The notes beneath the pieces were generated by a model, which saw nothing but the letters and a program-made list of their open reading frames with translations, ran no database searches and had not been told where the DNA came from. A stretch of DNA of 64,000 nt from assembly GCF_037042905.1 (NCBI RefSeq), contig NC_087251.1, positions 48,176,001-48,240,000 on the forward strand, written 5' to 3'. Source of the DNA: Lytechinus pictus. Its lineage: Eukaryota. Position numbers and translations under genes: made by a program. Position 1 is the first letter of the stretch, and every line of letters begins with the position of its first letter. Of this stretch, positions 37,119 through 49,352 are shown piece by piece.

Positions 37119-39466
37119 GACAAGAGGTAGTGGTCTTTTTGTACAATTTTTGACTTGTGGAATATTTCATACTCACCAGGATATGCATATAACTGGTATG
37201 TGAAAATAAGCGAAATTTAGTGCAACAACTTTTTAAATGGAATTTCCATTGCTATGACTTTCTGATTTGTGCTCTAATAGTAAACTTGTTAGAGTTGACT
37301 TGGTTTTGTTTATCCATCACCCATTCCTTTATGTAAAAGTGTATTGATGTAAGCACATGTCGTGCAACATCCATGCTCTTCCAAATTAAATTTCATAAGA
37401 ATTCAAATTCTATTGTGCCCATTTTTACATACACGGTACTTTATAGTAGATATTTCCTTGCTGAGCACACGAAGGTCCAACTTTGAAGGCTCATTAAAAG
37501 TAACAACCTTCTTGCCCTTAAACTTCTATTCAATTTTTCACCCTGAATGTGTGATTGAAGAGTATGAGAGGGAGGGAAGGGAATATTTACTCAAAATTCA
37601 TATAAAGAAAGTTGAAGGAAAAATTGTAAAGATGGAGAGAGAGAAAAAGAAACAGACGATCAACGAGAAGAGATGGAAAGAAGAGGAAGATCAAAGAGAA
37701 AGAGAGAGAGAGAGGGAGAGAGAGGGGAAATCGAGGAATGAGAAAGAGGTGAGGAGAGAAAGGCGAGACGAGAGGGAGATAAAAGAGGGCTCGATATAAG
37801 GGAGATGGGGAAATAAAAGAAAGATATAATTATGGGGAAAGAGAGAGAGGGAATGTAAGAGAGAGAGATGAGAAAGACGAGGAGATGAGAGAGAAAGAAG
37901 CCAAAGAGAAAGGAAAATAATAAAGAGGGAGATCGAGATTATATAAAGGAGAGAAATAAGAGAGAGAGGGGCATGAAAGTAGAAATGGAAGAAATAGAAG
38001 GGAATGGAGAGGATAAGAGAGATGGACAGAAGAGGAAAATCAGAGAAAATGAGATGAGATGAATAGTTGAATGAGAAGGGAGGTTTAAAAAAAAAGCTAG
38101 AGAAAGGGACATGATTTCTAATCGTTAAAAGATTTTTTTTTATGCAACCAGCTAGGCCTACTCAGAAAGCATATTTGTTGTGGGGCCTTTCCTTGTCACA
38201 GCGTGCGCGTGAAAAAGGTCGAGTTTTTTATGATTTCATGACTGTATGTTTACTCCCCTTTAATACAAAAATGTGACTAAATCAACATTTTCAGTTATGA
38301 AAGTATTCGATAACATATAGTTCATGATGTAACAAAGCAAACTAAAACTTTAAACAGCACAAGGAACACTTTCTTTGCGTTCCTTTCTCCCATCTGCCTA
38401 TATACACGCAGCATTTGCCGACCAGCCAGTATTGACCTAGCAAAATGGCGGCGCGCTCAGTCGAGCGTGAAGCCCGATGCTCTTCGTTGCCGCACGGCTT
38501 TGTGTACGTTGGGAATAGGGACACGCATTCCACGTATCTCTAGTTCAGTGGTTCAACCTGGCAGCAGCGCGTTTTGCGTTAGATTTGGAAATCCTCGTTC
38601 CCAGACAGGGATATGTAACATGTAAGCTTTTCATACATATAAAATTCATATTGATTGATTAATATTTAGCTCCGTCAATTTTCACGTTAAATCATGCTTG
38701 TCTCATTTTAAGAAGCCAAATCCAGGGATGAATAATGTGTGCATACCGTACCGGTGCATATACGTATACGTGCAGCGCATGAACGGTGTATACACCACAC
38801 AATACGCCGAATACCTTTCTATATGCAATAATCACGTACACACACAATGCGCGCAGTAGTAAACAACGCGTCGCTAAGACAACTGAACCTGAACTCGGGA
38901 GTACATCGAGGGAAGGAGTACAGAATCAGAGAAAATTATTCTCACTTTTTGGTCAGAAGAAAACATTTCCTTATATGTCTATATCTTAACATAAACAGAA
39001 GCTGCTCCGTTATCCTTATGTCGTACCACAGTCAATATCATAAACAAATTACAGTGATTCTATTTTGTCACAATATATAAACTTGATTAGGGCAATTTAT
39101 GCACCCCCAAGAAGTAGTGTTTACGGCCCGGCTTATCTCTACCACACAGACCACACAGACTTCGCACAGTTCGGTCAAGGCGGTACGCGTATCATTAACT
39201 GCCAAATACAGCCGACCCAAGCTGAATAAAACCTTCATATTAGGTGAACAAAATAGGGGGTAACAAATTCATATGGCCCCCAAAAGCCCAACGCCCCATG
39301 AGGATCTACCCTCTATAGCAAAATTGATTTCTCCCTTTTTTCTTTCAATTTTGACGATCCAGCAAGGAGTCAACAGTTCAAATAACAACCTTCCAAGAAC
39401 AACCTCAAGCAACAGCTTTATGAAACGGTGCCCTGATTTTCTTGACTCTTTGTTGGGGGGCATATG

Positions 39467-39622
39467 CATAGGCGGCGGAATTGGGGGGACGTGTCCCCTC
39501 CTAAATTTGAGGTGGGGGGGGGGGGACGACCCCCCTAAATTTTTAGTTGATAACCTTTTTTTGTGTGTGTGTCAAAAAATGTTGGTGGTCCCCCCTAAAT
39601 TTTTTGGCTTCCGCCGCCAATG
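39467..39622. mobile_element. hAT-like MITE
   Basis: CATAGGCGGCGGAA..TTCCGCCGCCAATG with 8-bp TSD GGCATATG. Confidence 0.85.
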
Positions 39623-40057
39623 GGCATATGCCCTTTTTTCTGTCATAAAATCAAATTTAAATTCGATCAGAACGTTGATGCATTATTTTCATTGAATAGT
39701 CATTTCCATAACTGATTCACGACCGGTAAAATCCGAAATCCATAAGAAGTTCTTGAAAGCTTAACCCCCCCCCCTACAAAAAAAAAATCCGTAATCCATA
39801 AGAAATTCTTGAAAGTTGGAAAATATTCATATGATTAAGCTGGCTGGGATTTCAGTGTAATAATCTGGAAGTTTTTGACTCATTGGACTTTTTTATAGCT
39901 CTAGAGAGAAGACAGAACAATTAACTCAATGAGCAGTTAATAACCGACAATGAGCAGCGTAGACATACTTTGTAAATATGTTACTCTCTTTGTAATTATG
40001 TTACATGTTTGGTTAACTGTCATTTTTGCTTATGTAAACCAGGGTTACAGCCAGGGG

Positions 40058-41590
40058 CATAGGCGGATCCAGGGGGGGGGGGGCCTGAGGGGCCCGGCCC
40101 CCTATTGGCGGAGCAAAAAAAGAAAAAAAGGGGAAAGAAAGAAAAAAAAAAGAAGGGAAGGGAAGAGAAAGGAGAAAAAAGGGGGAAACATAAAAGGAAG
40201 AAGACGAGTGAATAAAATAAGATGAGGGGAAGGCTTGGAAAATAATTAAGAAAATCTTTCATGTCACTATATAAAATTTTCGCTCACACTTCGCGCTCGC
40301 ATTGCCTTTTGGATGATTTACATATTTTGTTCAATATGGAGTTTAAATATCAAATTTGGAAGTCAATATACAAAACATATTTCATCTTGGAAATCGAACT
40401 TTCATTATTTTGTGTGATTTACAAATTGATTTTTAAAAAGGTGCTTCGTAAAAATGTCAGTTTTATGGTCTGAAAATTAACATTTTCTGCTCTCGCTGCG
40501 CGCTCGCAAATTTCGATTTATCAGGTACCTTTATTATTTTCGTGCATTCCATAAAGTTTTCACAATATCCCTTTTCAGGTCTGATTGTCAAAACGTATAA
40601 TATTGATTATACAACAAATTGCTTAAAATCCCCTTTTCATGACAGTGTATAAAAAAAAATTAGGCTCGCAATTTTCGCTTGCATTAATGGTTAATAATAC
40701 ATGAACTGATGCATCCTAGTTATGACTACAAAAGTGCTTGAAATGTCCAGTTTTCAGGCCATCATATCAGATTTCGCGCCCTCATTAGGCATTAATGAAT
40801 AATTTAATTGTCCCTTTTGTTTCATCTCGCGCTTAGCAAGAGGAATAGTCTTTATTTTCATATGATGACATGTCCTAAGGATGTGCCGGTCCTATGTCAG
40901 AACTCAAAGTAATTATAATTTTTTATAATTCTTTATTAGTGCGATCCATATCCACTTCATAATTTTCCTACAAAGTGCTTGAAATATAAAGCTGAAATTG
41001 ACTCTTTTTTTCAGAGAGATCGGAATATCAAATAGTTACAAGCTCGCGCTTCAAGCTCGCTTTGATTTTCACGATAAAAGGTGTATTTAAAATGCCTATA
41101 TTCTAGGTGTAAATATAAAACACGCACACACATGTTTAGTCAGATACTCAACTTGTTCTCTATTTAAATCATTATCCAGTTTCAGATCACAATATCAAAA
41201 ATTTTCTGCTCGCTTTGTGCTCGCATTATTAATGTAGAAAGATTCCCTATTATACTCATTCTTTTCATGATTTACAAAACATGAATAGAGTGTCCCGGTT
41301 TTAGGTCTAAATCTCGATTTCCGCTCGCATTGATTGTTGAAAGATATTAACTCATGCACGCATCTTATTCATAATTACAAAAGTGCTTTAAAATAATGTC
41401 CAATTTTCAGGCCATATCGATTATTATTAACAGATTTGCGCTCTCATGCTTAGGAAGAGAAATAGGAAGATAGTCATCATTTTTATATGATGACATAAAG
41501 TCCTTTAAGAATGTCCCGGTCCTATGACAAAACTCAAAGTAATAATAATGAAACATATCAGCTCTTTTTAAACTGTGATCCATATCCACG
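40058..41590 (+). mobile_element. Copy 1 of a long CATAGGCGGATCC-start non-autonomous element with gctcgcgcttcgcgctcgc motifs
   Basis: Colinear with 42568-~44690; for example ctcggaaatcgaactttcattattttgtgtgatttacaaattg is near-identical at ~40386 and ~42866. Confidence 0.75.
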
Positions 41591-42567
41591 GTACCTCACA
41601 CTTTTTTTTATGATTATGTGCAAAGATCTATGCGGCGGTAGCGTGAAGAGTAACAAAAAGAGGTGCATATATAGTATTATTTTTTTTTGGTTCTTGGTGT
41701 AGAACTTTTTTTTTTGGGGGGGGGGGCCATGGCCAAACCGCCAGTGCTATGCGGGTGATATAAAAGCCATTATACTGATTGCCGCTATTTATAATCAAAT
41801 CGCAATTATGCAGTATATATATCTTTTACACAACAAATTAATTCAACGCAGTTGCGCAATGAAACAAATATTTTGAGGGGTCACAACATAGGAAAGTGGG
41901 AAGATTTGTAGAAAGTCGCCAGCGAGCGAAGCGAGCCCGAAAAATTGGTCTTTTGAAATGAAATTCTAATTTTGATAGATTTTTACATTATATTCAGCAA
42001 ATAATTAAACGTATTTCATTGTTTTCCATTCATTTAATTTCGTTGCCTCCTATTATCTTTATTTCCCCTTTGGTGTGGAACCAAGCCCCCCCCCTTACAC
42101 CATTGATTGAGCTTAATATATGAAGGGTCCATACAGGGGGCGTTATAGAGCCCTAGAGGTAGGTTACAGATGATCGAAGAGCCCCGGTGACTGCGTGCCT
42201 TAGCCTATGGGACAGAGTCCCCTGTAGCTTTGGACATGTTGGAGATTTAGCCAAAGTAAACATTAAGAGACTTTTTGACGGCAACCCTTACCAGCGTAAA
42301 GCTTTAATCAACTTGGTAGGGCATAACAGGAGGCATGGGCGGAAATCCCAGGGGGGACAGGGGGACGTGTCCCCCCTACTCAAAATAGTAGGGGGACACA
42401 ATATGAAATGTCCCCCCTACTATTTTTTGTATTTTATGATGGCAAGAAATACATCATTCTAAATCGAAATAAAACATGTATTTTGGGACGAGTTGGGACG
42501 AGATGACCGTATACTTTTGGGATGATAACCTTTTTTTTGCTTGTCAAATTTTACCGCCCCTTGTCCC

Positions 42568-44690
42568 CATAGGCGGATCCAGGGGGCCGAGGCCCCCCCC
42601 CCCTATTGGCGGAGCAAAAAAGAAAAAAAGGGAAAGAAAGAAGGAAAATGAAAAAAAGGAGGGAAAAGAGAGGAGAAAAAGAAGAGGACGACGAGTGCAT
42701 AAAATAAGATTAGGGGAAGACTTGGAAAAAAAAAGAATCTTTCGTGCCACTATAAAATTTTCGCTCGCGCTTCGCGCTCACATTGCCTGTTAGGTGATTT
42801 ACATATCTTGTTTAATATGGAGCTCAAATATCAAGTTTGGAAGTCAATATACAAAACATATTTCACCTCGGAAATCGAACTTTCATTATTTTGTGTGATT
42901 TACAAATTGATTTTTAAAAAGTGATCTGTAAAAATGTCAGTTTTATGGTCTGAATAATTTTATCAACATTTGCTGCTTGCGCTGCGCGCTCGCAAATTTT
43001 GATTTATCAGGTACCTATTATTTTCGTGTATTCCATAAAGTTTTCAAAATATCCCTTTTCAGGTCTGATTGTCAAGACGTATCAGTTAGCGCTGCACGCT
43101 GGCATTTTTATTGGCGAGTTATGTATGTTTCAATATTGATTATACAACAAACTACTTAAAATCCCCTTTTCATGACAGTTTATCAAAACTTTTAGCTCGC
43201 GATTTGCGCTCGCATTAATGGTTAAAAATAGATTAACTGATGTATCCTATTCATAATTACAAAAGTGAAACAGTTTTTATATGCCATGATATCATCAGAT
43301 TTCGCGCCCTCATTAGGCATTAATAAATATGATATTAATTTAATAATTAAATTGTCCCTTTTGTTTCATCTCGCGCTTAGCAAGAGGAATAGGAAGATAT
43401 AGTCATCATTTTCATGACATGTCGTAAGGATGTCCCGGTCCTATGTCAAAACTCAAAGTAATAATAAGGAAAATTTTAGCTCTTTTTTAAAGTGCAATCC
43501 ATATCCACCTTACAATTTTCCTACAAAGTGCTTGAAATATAAAGCTGTAATTGACTCTTATTTCAGATCGGAATATCAAAGTTTTATGATTTTCATGATT
43601 AAAGATGTATTTAGAATGCCTAGATTCTAGGTCTAAATATGAAACACGCGCGCGCATGTTTATTCAAATACTCAATTTGTTCTCTATTTAAATCATTATC
43701 CAGTTTCAGATCACAATAATATCAAAATTTGTGTGCTCGCATTATTAATGTAGGAAGACCTCCTATTACTCATCCTTTTCATGATTTACAAAACATTGAT
43801 TTTGATTGATTTTTTAAAATTTAAACACGGTAAAAAGCCCTCGATCAGCCTATGGCTGTTTACAAAACATGAACAGAGTGGCCCTTTTTAGGTCTAAATC
43901 TCTATTTTTTTTCTGTTCGCGCTTCGCGCTTGCATCAATTGTTGAATTATATAGCTATCCCGTTCAGGATTACAAAAATTGATTAAAATTTTCCATTCTT
44001 TCTTTAGAAATTTTCAAAAATTTTCAGCTCGCGCTTTGCGCTCGCATTTTTTTATTGTTGAAATATGTAACGCCTTCATGGCTAAGTGCAAGCAGTCCTT
44101 AACAGGTCCCAGTTCAAAACGTATATAAAAATTTTCTGCTCGCGCTTTGCGCTCGCATGATTAATACTCATCCTTTTCATGATTTACAAAACATGAATAG
44201 AGTGTCTCGTTCAGTAAATATCATAGGACTAAATCTCGAACTTTTCCGCTCGCGCTTCGCGCTCGCATCAATCGTCTACTTATACATATACTGCTTGAGT
44301 AACAAAAAGTGCTTAGAATTTCCATTCTTTAGGTGAAAATGTAAAAAAAAAAAATCAGCTTTCGCGCTCGCATTATTTGATTGTTAAATGCTAACTGCAC
44401 GCAGTCTTTAACAGGTATCTTTTCCATCAGTTCATTTCTGCTCGCGCTTTGCGTTTGTAGTAATTATTAAGTTGCATACACATTTTTTTCAGGATAACAA
44501 ACATTGCCCAGAATGTTCAAATTTTAGGAAACAATACATAAAATTTCCAAAAAATTAGCTCGCGCTTCGCGCTCGCATCATATAAATAAGGATTATGATA
44601 TTATATATAAATTTATAATAATAAAGCTAAGAAGTGACTAATGAGGACTACCCCTTCAAAGAAACAAACACAAATTATCTTCGAGCTGCA
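42568..44690 (+). mobile_element. Copy 2 of the same element, inserted into another G/C-run MITE starting at ~42334
   Basis: Same start CATAGGCGGATCCAGGGG, same purine tract and repeated gctcgcgc(t/c)ttcgcgctcgca-type units. Confidence 0.75.
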
Positions 44691-44714
44691 TGCCAATCGG
44701 GGAAAATATGGCTG

Positions 44715-46326
44715 AAACAAAAATCCAGTTAAAACCAATTAGGGCAAAACCAATTGAAACCAGTTGGCCAACTGGTTTCAATAGGGAAATTGGAACAACT
44801 GGTTCCAATTGAAAACCAGTTGCCAATTGGTTCCAGTTAAAACCAATTGGTTCCAATTGAAAACCAGTTGCCAATTGGTTCCAGTTAAAACCAATTGGGC
44901 AACTGGAACCAGTTGGCAATTGGTGTCAATTGGTTCCAGTTGTTCCAATTTCCCTATTAAAACCAATTGAATCCAATTGGAGGCAACTGGTTTCAATTGG
45001 TTCCAGTTGAAACCAATTGGAGGCAACTGGTTTCAACTGCAACCAGTTGAAACCAATTGGTTTCCAACTGGATCCAATTGGAACTAATTGGAATGAACTT
45101 AATTAGTTACAAATTAATTAGCATTTGCACTAACTATTGCTCATATGCCAACACAGAAGCAGTATTATATGTCTATTAATACCAATGTAAAGGGCATTGA
45201 TTAAATACAGAATTTCATATGTATATATTGTATGGAAGATCTTCAAATACATGTATTTTTATTTGATGTAATTTGGTAACAGTTAGTGGTGTACTAATTA
45301 TCATTTAATCTGTTTTAATTATAATCTATAACATTTATGAACATGGTTTTCACTGCTAAGTATTCTAAATACTTATCTTTAAAAAGTGTGGCACTTGAAA
45401 TTGAAAAGAATTAAATAGATACATTGTTAATGATGATGAATCTCATAAAACATTAATCTGTGCACACTGGCAGATAATATGCAAATTAACTGGTTTCAAT
45501 TGGATCCAGTTGGGTAACTGGAAAATTTCCAATTGGAAACCAATTGGAAATCATTTCCAGTTACCCAACTGGTTCCAGTTTTATTTTCAGTTACCCAACT
45601 GGTTCCAATTAGAATTCATTTCCAGTTACCCATCTTTCCAGTTAGAAGTCATCTCCAGTTACCCAATTGGTACCAGTTAGGATTTCCAGTTACACAACTG
45701 CATGGTTCAAGTTAGGATTTCCAGTTACCCAACTGGTTCCAGTTAGAAATCATTTCCAGTTGGAAGTCATTTCCAGTTACCCAACTGGTTCCAGTTTGCA
45801 GTTGCCCAACTGGTTTCAGTTGGGATTTCCAGTTACTCAACTGGTTCCAGTTAGGATTTCCAGTTGCCCAACTGGTTTCAGTTGGGATTTCCAGTTACTC
45901 AACTGGTTCCAGTTAGAAATCATTTCCAGTTACCCAACTGGTTCCAGTTAGGATTTCCAGTTACCCAACTGGTTCCAGTTAGAAATCATTTCCAGTTGGA
46001 AGTCATTTCCAGTTACCCAACTGGTGCAGTTAGGATTTCCAGTTGCCCAACTGGTTCCAGTTAGGATTTCCAGTTGCCCAACTGGTTCCAGTTGGGATTT
46101 CCAGTTACTCAACTGGTTCCAGTTAGAAATCATTTCCAATTGGAAGTCATTTCCAGTTACCCAACTGGTTCCAGTTAGGATTTCCAGTTGCCCAACTGGT
46201 TTCAATTGGTTTCAACTGGAAATTGTTAAATTCCAGTTAAAACCAATTGAAACCAGTTAAAACCAATTGAAACCAATTGAAACCAGTTGGAAATCCAACT
46301 GGTTTCAATTGGATTTTGGTCCTGGG
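44715..46326. repeat. Foldback-like satellite of short palindromic units (AACCAGTT/AACTGGTT/CCAATTGG) around a 400-bp AT-rich spacer
   Basis: Arrays at 44715-45090 and 45488-46320. Ends caaaaatccagttaaaacc and ggtttcaattggattttgg are mirrored; the right end is CTGGG. Confidence 0.85.
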
Positions 46327-48005
46327 TGTGGGTATGAACTGATTTTTCTCATCATCTGCACTCTAACTGCAGATCCGATGCGTTATTTTATGAAGCTAAA
46401 AAACTTTAATTATTCCATGGACCATTAAAAAAAACATCTCTACAATTTTGAAATACTTTACTCTGCAGTGCTGCCAAAAATCACGAATATGACCCCGAGT
46501 TTGAATAAATGGTAGAGTGGTTTTGATTTTTTTTATTCTCATAGATACAAAGCATTTGGCGCATTTTTGGTGTTAAAAAAAAAACATTTGCTCTAATGAA
46601 AATGCTGATAGTTTGAAAACAAGCACATGAAGCCCTATTTTTTTATGTTTGCACCTCTTAGGTATACCTTCCTCTACAACTTTGCAAATTTTGGTGAAAA
46701 TGACATGGATTTTGAATAAAGTGCAGCATTTATTGTACTTTTGTAGTTTGTTATTAAAATTTCACTTTTTTGAGATTGGGTTTTTGTTATGTTTTACGCC
46801 ATTTTTAAGAACTGACAGTGCTGTTAGACTTAAAATTGCAAACAAATAGCACTATAAATAGATTCTCCATTCTAACGATACACTTATTAACTCTCTTGCG
46901 AAATTTGATGACTTTTTCATGTATTTTGACTGAGTAATAGAGGTTTAAACTCATTGATCTTGTGAGGTCTAAAAATGCCAAATTCTTTTGAATGCGCAAT
47001 CCGTAAGAACATTCATTCGGGTGAACTTCGAAGCTCCATAGCAAAAAATCAAGCACATGGACCTATGTTAATTTTTGGATATTTCGAATATTCAGGTTCT
47101 AAAGTATCTATGTGCAAAGTTTGGTGAAAATGACATGGATTTCATTTTAACTGTGGAACGTCCTTAATTTGAACATTATTGTAAATCAGTTATCCGCTCG
47201 CCGCGCCTATACGACGCGACGCCAGATTAATCTTAATAACCGATGCCGATAATCCGACTACTCGGACTTGGACCTACACGAAAATTACATTTGTACATCA
47301 TCACTAAAAAACTGTCAGTACCCTCAGTAAGTATATACTGAATACTATTACTATTATCAATTTAGGACGAATAACACAATTTTACTCGACTAATCCATCA
47401 AAGACTAAGCCTAGTATTTAGTAGTAAAACTTCCCGGCCTTGGCTTGTTTGTTCGGGACGTTTTCTGAATTCTTCGGTCCCACATGCCGAATTCCATGTC
47501 AAAATCGATATGTTCGTCCGACCTAGTAAAATCATTTATTTTTGTTAGGCCTATAAGGCTATAGTTTCACGTTTAAATTCAATCACTCAACTCAAGGCAA
47601 CACGCCTATTCAATCATAGGCGTGTTTAAAAAAGGCGACTCCAAACGGGTGTGGGTTTGGCTTTAATTTCCAGCCAATTCCTTAAATTACGGCCTAAATT
47701 TAGGTCTAACATTTTTAGTAACAAGTAACAGTTAACTATGAATTTTATGATTATTAATTTTATTTTAATTTTTAATTTTATATTCATTTACGAATTGTAT
47801 AATGTAATTGTAAAATCGGTACGGTACTCACCGGCATCACCAGTTCTTTTCTTGAAAAAATCGAAGATTTCATCCCCTCTCTTCTGTAGCCTGGAGCCTG
47901 GAGGCTTCTGGAGAGTAAAAGTATTTCTACTGTTAGTGTTATACTGTATGTAGGCTTGTATTCATACCTTTTTGTGGGCGTAAAGTTTTACCTATAAAAC
48001 TTGTT

Positions 48006-48518
48006 GGCGCTAATGCAGTTTCGCACCGGCCGATTACCAGCATACCTCATCACCAATACTTGTTCCCAAATGTCATGACAAGTCTCTCAGTCACATTTCG
48101 AGGTCTATATACCCACCTCTTTTCTAAATATCGCGACCGGGAACGGCTGTATTTCAGCTTTGATCTTGATGTCGTTCGAAAAACTTCGAATCCTCAGACA
48201 TCACTTCGCGGATCGCTTGGATTCGCCGTGCGCCGTAATGTTGATATGGACTGAAGTTATGCGACCAAAAGATTCGCCTGCAGCATGCTGGCAGTTTGTT
48301 CGCCACATGTTCGCATGATCCACGAAGTGATGTCTGAGGATTCGTACAACGACATCGAGATCAAAGCTGAAATACAGCCGTCCCCGATCGCGATATTTGG
48401 AAAAGAGGTGGGTATATTGACCTCAAAATGTGACTGAGAGACTTGTCCTGACATTCGGGAACAAGTATTGGTGATGAGGTATGCTGGTATTCGGCCGGTG
48501 CAAAACTGCATTAGCGCC
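48006..48518. mobile_element. MITE with GG termini, long TIRs and 8-bp TSD (Merlin/MuDR-like)
   Basis: GGCGCTAATGCAGTTTCGCACCGGCCGA.. is mirrored over >100 bp; AACTTGTT on both flanks (47998-48005, 48519-48526). Confidence 0.88.
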
Positions 48519-48529
48519 AACTTGTTTGC

Positions 48530-49352
48530 CCCTCTCCCAATTTCTTGAAGTCAGTAAAGTGGAAGATAGACTGGTACTGGTTATATGGCGATGTGTGGTT
48601 TCAGCAGGTAAAGGTATGAGAGCATGGGCAAGTAAAAGATTGGTCAGGGTTAAACTTTTCCTTTTTGAGCTCCCAACTTTTCTCTAGATTTGACTTGAAA
48701 GAGTTTATGGAAGTGCTCTTCACTACTTGATTTGGCAAGTTATTCCACTCAGATACTACTCGATGTGAGAAAGAATTTTGTCTTTTTCGAGTATTTGCTC
48801 TGGGTTTCTCTATCTTATATATATGTCCTCTAGTTCTGGAGTCTTCATTAAATTTGAAGAATTTCGAAGTCTCAAGATCATCGGTCCCTTTAATTATTCG
48901 GAACACTTGGACAAGTTCTGCTCTGTGACGTCGGTAGGATAATGATGGTAACTTTAACTGAGCCAACCTTTGCGGGTAACTTTTGACCTGTAGACTCGGA
49001 ACTGCTTTTGTAGCTCTTCTGTGGACTCTCGAGTTTTGCCTGATCCTTCTTTAAACATGGATGCCAAATCAGGTCGAAAGTAAGGACTTATAAAGTAGCT
49101 TGAAGCTCTTAGGTTCAAGGAATGAGAAAGATCTCTTGATGATCCCCATCTTCTTATTTCCTGCCTTTTCTATCTGATGTATGTGCTGAGAAAAACTTAG
49201 CTGATCGTCGAAAATGACTCCCAAGTCCTTTTCACTGTGGCTCACTTCAATGGTAGGGCCATCCAAACTTAACTTAGAGTCATAGTGCAGGTTCTTTCTG
49301 CCATAGTGAAGTACTTTACACTTTCCTGTATTGAAGGGAAGTTACTCTCCAT
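48530..49352 (-). mobile_element. 5'-truncated, frameshifted CR1 LINE
   Basis: LPFNTGKCKVLHYG..EKDLGVIFDDQLSFSQHI..KLLYKSL, then LKLPSLSYRRHRAELVQVFRIIKG..TRGHIYKI..RQNSFSHRVVSEWNNLP. Confidence 0.9.

Larger units (their letters stand above)
35354..38550. mobile_element. 3.2-kb non-autonomous DNA transposon (P- or hAT-like, CA..TG ends, 8-bp TSD)
   Basis: CACTGAACTAAAAATACGTGGAA..TTCCACGTATCTCTAGTTCAGTG flanked by GTTCAACC on both sides (35346-35353, 38551-38558). A second inverted block lies at 35429-35451 vs 38431-38453. Confidence 0.82.

Noticed and set aside
37362..37799. 145-aa Glu/Arg/Lys-rich ORF
   Set aside because: Translation of a GA-rich low-complexity tract inside a transposon.
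44656..46260. Multiple overlapping repetitive ORFs (NWFQL/TQLVPV)
   Set aside because: Open in several frames on both strands because of the palindromic satellite.
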